This document shows positions 62,234 through 64,000 of a stretch of 64,000 nucleotides of DNA, piece after piece (within the stretch, counting starts at the first letter, position 1; every line of letters starts with the position of its first letter). Both the position numbers and the translations under genes were made by a program. The stretch is from positions 20,336,001 to 20,400,000 of the forward strand of contig CM106585.1 in NCBI GenBank assembly GCA_048013815.1, given 5' to 3'. The stretch comes from Setoptus koraiensis. Taxonomy: Eukaryota > Animalia > Arthropoda. The notes beneath the pieces are model-generated. The model made no database searches. It worked only from the letters and a program-made list of their open reading frames with translations, and was not told the DNA's origin.

Positions 62234-62570
62234 GAACACCACAGCCACAGGAGCGCTATTGCGAACCATATTGCAGTACACACAGGCAGACAGGCACACA
62301 GAAAGACACACTGATGAAAATGGACAGACGCACAGACACACACACAATCAGCATGTGCAGTGCCGAAGCTGAAGAACAGCGCGCACACACACACACTCAC
62401 ATTGGCTCACAACAAGCTGTGTTAGTCACAAGGGTTTGTGTGTGTGTGTGTGTGTGCTGTAAACAGCACAGCCACAGAAGCACTGTTGCGAACTACAGTG
62501 CACACACACACACACACACACACAATCAGAATGTGCAATGCTGAGGAACAGCACACACACACATACAGAC
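62152..62570. repeat. Diverged tandem duplication containing (TG)n and (CA)n tracts upstream of the ETS gene
   Basis: Blocks ggctcacaacaag...tcacaag.gtttg(tg)n.ctgt.aaca.cacagccacag.agc.ct.ttgcgaac and cacaatcag.atgtgca.tgc each occur twice. Confidence 0.7.
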
Positions 62571-63008
62571 ACACACACACACTAACAAATCTACTTACAG
62601 TCTGATGAGAGGAGGGAAAGAGACATGCACACACACACACACACTCACACACAAGGGCTAGCTATGGGGAAGCGAGCGAGAGAAAGAGCGAGCGATCCCT
62701 CTCAGATTTCATCGATTTCCAAGCTAGAGGGCAGACACACAAACATTAGATCAGGTTGAGCCGATGAATAGCATGATTAACTCCAGCCTAATTTAATTAT
62801 TATATCTATTATTATTATTACTACGGCTACTATTATTAATATTTGACTTGTAACACAAATCAGCTTCCATTATCACTATTATTATCATTATTGCCTATTG
62901 ACTATTACCATTAATTAATTGATCTATTATTATCTATATAAATTCATTAGTGCTACTCATTACACTACCGACAGCAACACCACCACCACCACTATTATTA
63001 TTACTATT

Positions 63009-63971
63009 ATGGATGACCTGCATCCAGAGGAACAGCATGTGGAGGACGAGGACGAAGAGGAGGACGAAGATGAAAATGTGATTACCATTGAACAAGTACA
63101 CATAACTGTTACATGCGCTCAATTATGCCACAAACTTGAAGAACTCAATATTATTGGCATAAAGGACTTTGATTTTTATTTACAAGATAAACTATTAGTT
63201 CCAAATAAATCTATTATTACGCAATGCAATCTTGTTGAGGGAGCAACTAAGCAAACTAAATTGATAAATGTTAAATTGTATATCGATCCGGAAGCTAGAA
63301 GAGTTAATATCATAGACATACTTAAGCCACCCGATAATTATAATAATAACAACAATAATTTCAATAATAATCATCATCATCAAGACACTACAACAGCGTC
63401 CAATTCTGGTTCAGGTACATCATCTACAACTAATAATAATAATAATACTAATCATCCTGCTCTAACTAATACAAATATCCAAAACACAACAGCATCGTCA
63501 GCACACAAAGATCAGATCCATAAGCGCCTAATGGGTATCAAAGCATCAGCGCAATCAAACCAGAGCTCCGCAGGTGGTGGATCTACAATAACCGTGCCTA
63601 CATCTGGAAATAGAACAGGCAATAATGGTCAAATCCAATTGTGGCAATTTTTGCTAGAACTACTCACAGATGCTGATTGCAGAGAATTCATACAGTGGAT
63701 TGGCACCGATGGAGAATTTAAATTAAACAATCCAGAAGGTGTTGCGCAGCTTTGGGGTCTACGCAAGAATAAGCCCACCATGAACTATGAAAAACTTAGC
63801 CGAGCTTTAAGATATTATTATGATGGTGACATGATTGCCAAGGTTCATGGCAAGAGATTTGTTTATAAGTTCGTTTGCGATCTTAAAGGTCTGATAGGCT
63901 ATGATGCTAAAGAGCTTGATAGGTTGGTTAGCCAGACAAAAAACAAACGAAATAACACTAATGTAATGTAA
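63009..63971 (+). CDS. GABPA: GABP-alpha/Ets97D-like ETS transcription factor (320 aa)
   Basis: [15 protein letters not shown]...[46 protein letters not shown]; N-terminal OST-like segment (F.LQD.LL.P.KS...Q). Confidence 0.9.
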   Translation: MDDLHPEEQHVEDEDEEEDEDENVITIEQVHITVTCAQLCHKLEELNIIGIKDFDFYLQDKLLVPNKSIITQCNLVEGATKQTKLINVKLYIDPEARRVNIIDILKPPDNYNNNNNNFNNNHHHQDTTTASNSGSGTSSTTNNNNNTNHPALTNTNIQNTTASSAHKDQIHKRLMGIKASAQSNQSSAGGGSTITVPTSGNRTGNNGQIQLWQFLLELLTDADCREFIQWIGTDGEFKLNNPEGVAQLWGLRKNKPTMNYEKLSRALRYYYDGDMIAKVHGKRFVYKFVCDLKGLIGYDAKELDRLVSQTKNKRNNTNVM

Positions 63972-64000
63972 TCCTAGGCTTGTAATATTATATTAAACTA

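Overview
Eukaryotic, gene-dense, intron-poor arthropod DNA. Short intergenic gaps, many single-exon housekeeping genes and poly-Q/N inserts suggest a streamlined mite genome such as an eriophyoid; this is inference, not shown. No CRISPR, rRNA or tRNA was recognised. Gene order: laminin beta-like (-, runs off the left edge), a fold-less protein with histone H3K9-tail motifs (+), IP6K (+), clarin (-), a hAT-type foldback MITE, a partial RTF2 pseudogene, MPPE1 (-), RTF2 (+), a 1826-aa mosaic mucin-like protein (-), a Gly/Gln-rich secreted repeat protein (+), a short membrin (-), a short DLK/Wallenda kinase (-), a degenerate JmjC protein (+), SEC13 (-), PAF1 (+), Notum (-), an orphan membrane protein (+), PP2A-B55 (-), C1QBP (+), NOP16 (-), RRP5 (+) and GABPA/Ets97D (+). 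Top leads: (1) the 187-aa protein with three synonymously diverged QT(A/V)RKST copies (H3 residues 5-11) and no histone fold, a candidate H3K9/S10 decoy; (2) a KDM2/7-type JmjC protein lacking all catalytic ligands; (3) repeated clean loss of whole domains from conserved proteins. Exon structures were built by hand from GT-AG sites and reading-frame phase. Homology calls come from recognised motifs; no database search was run.
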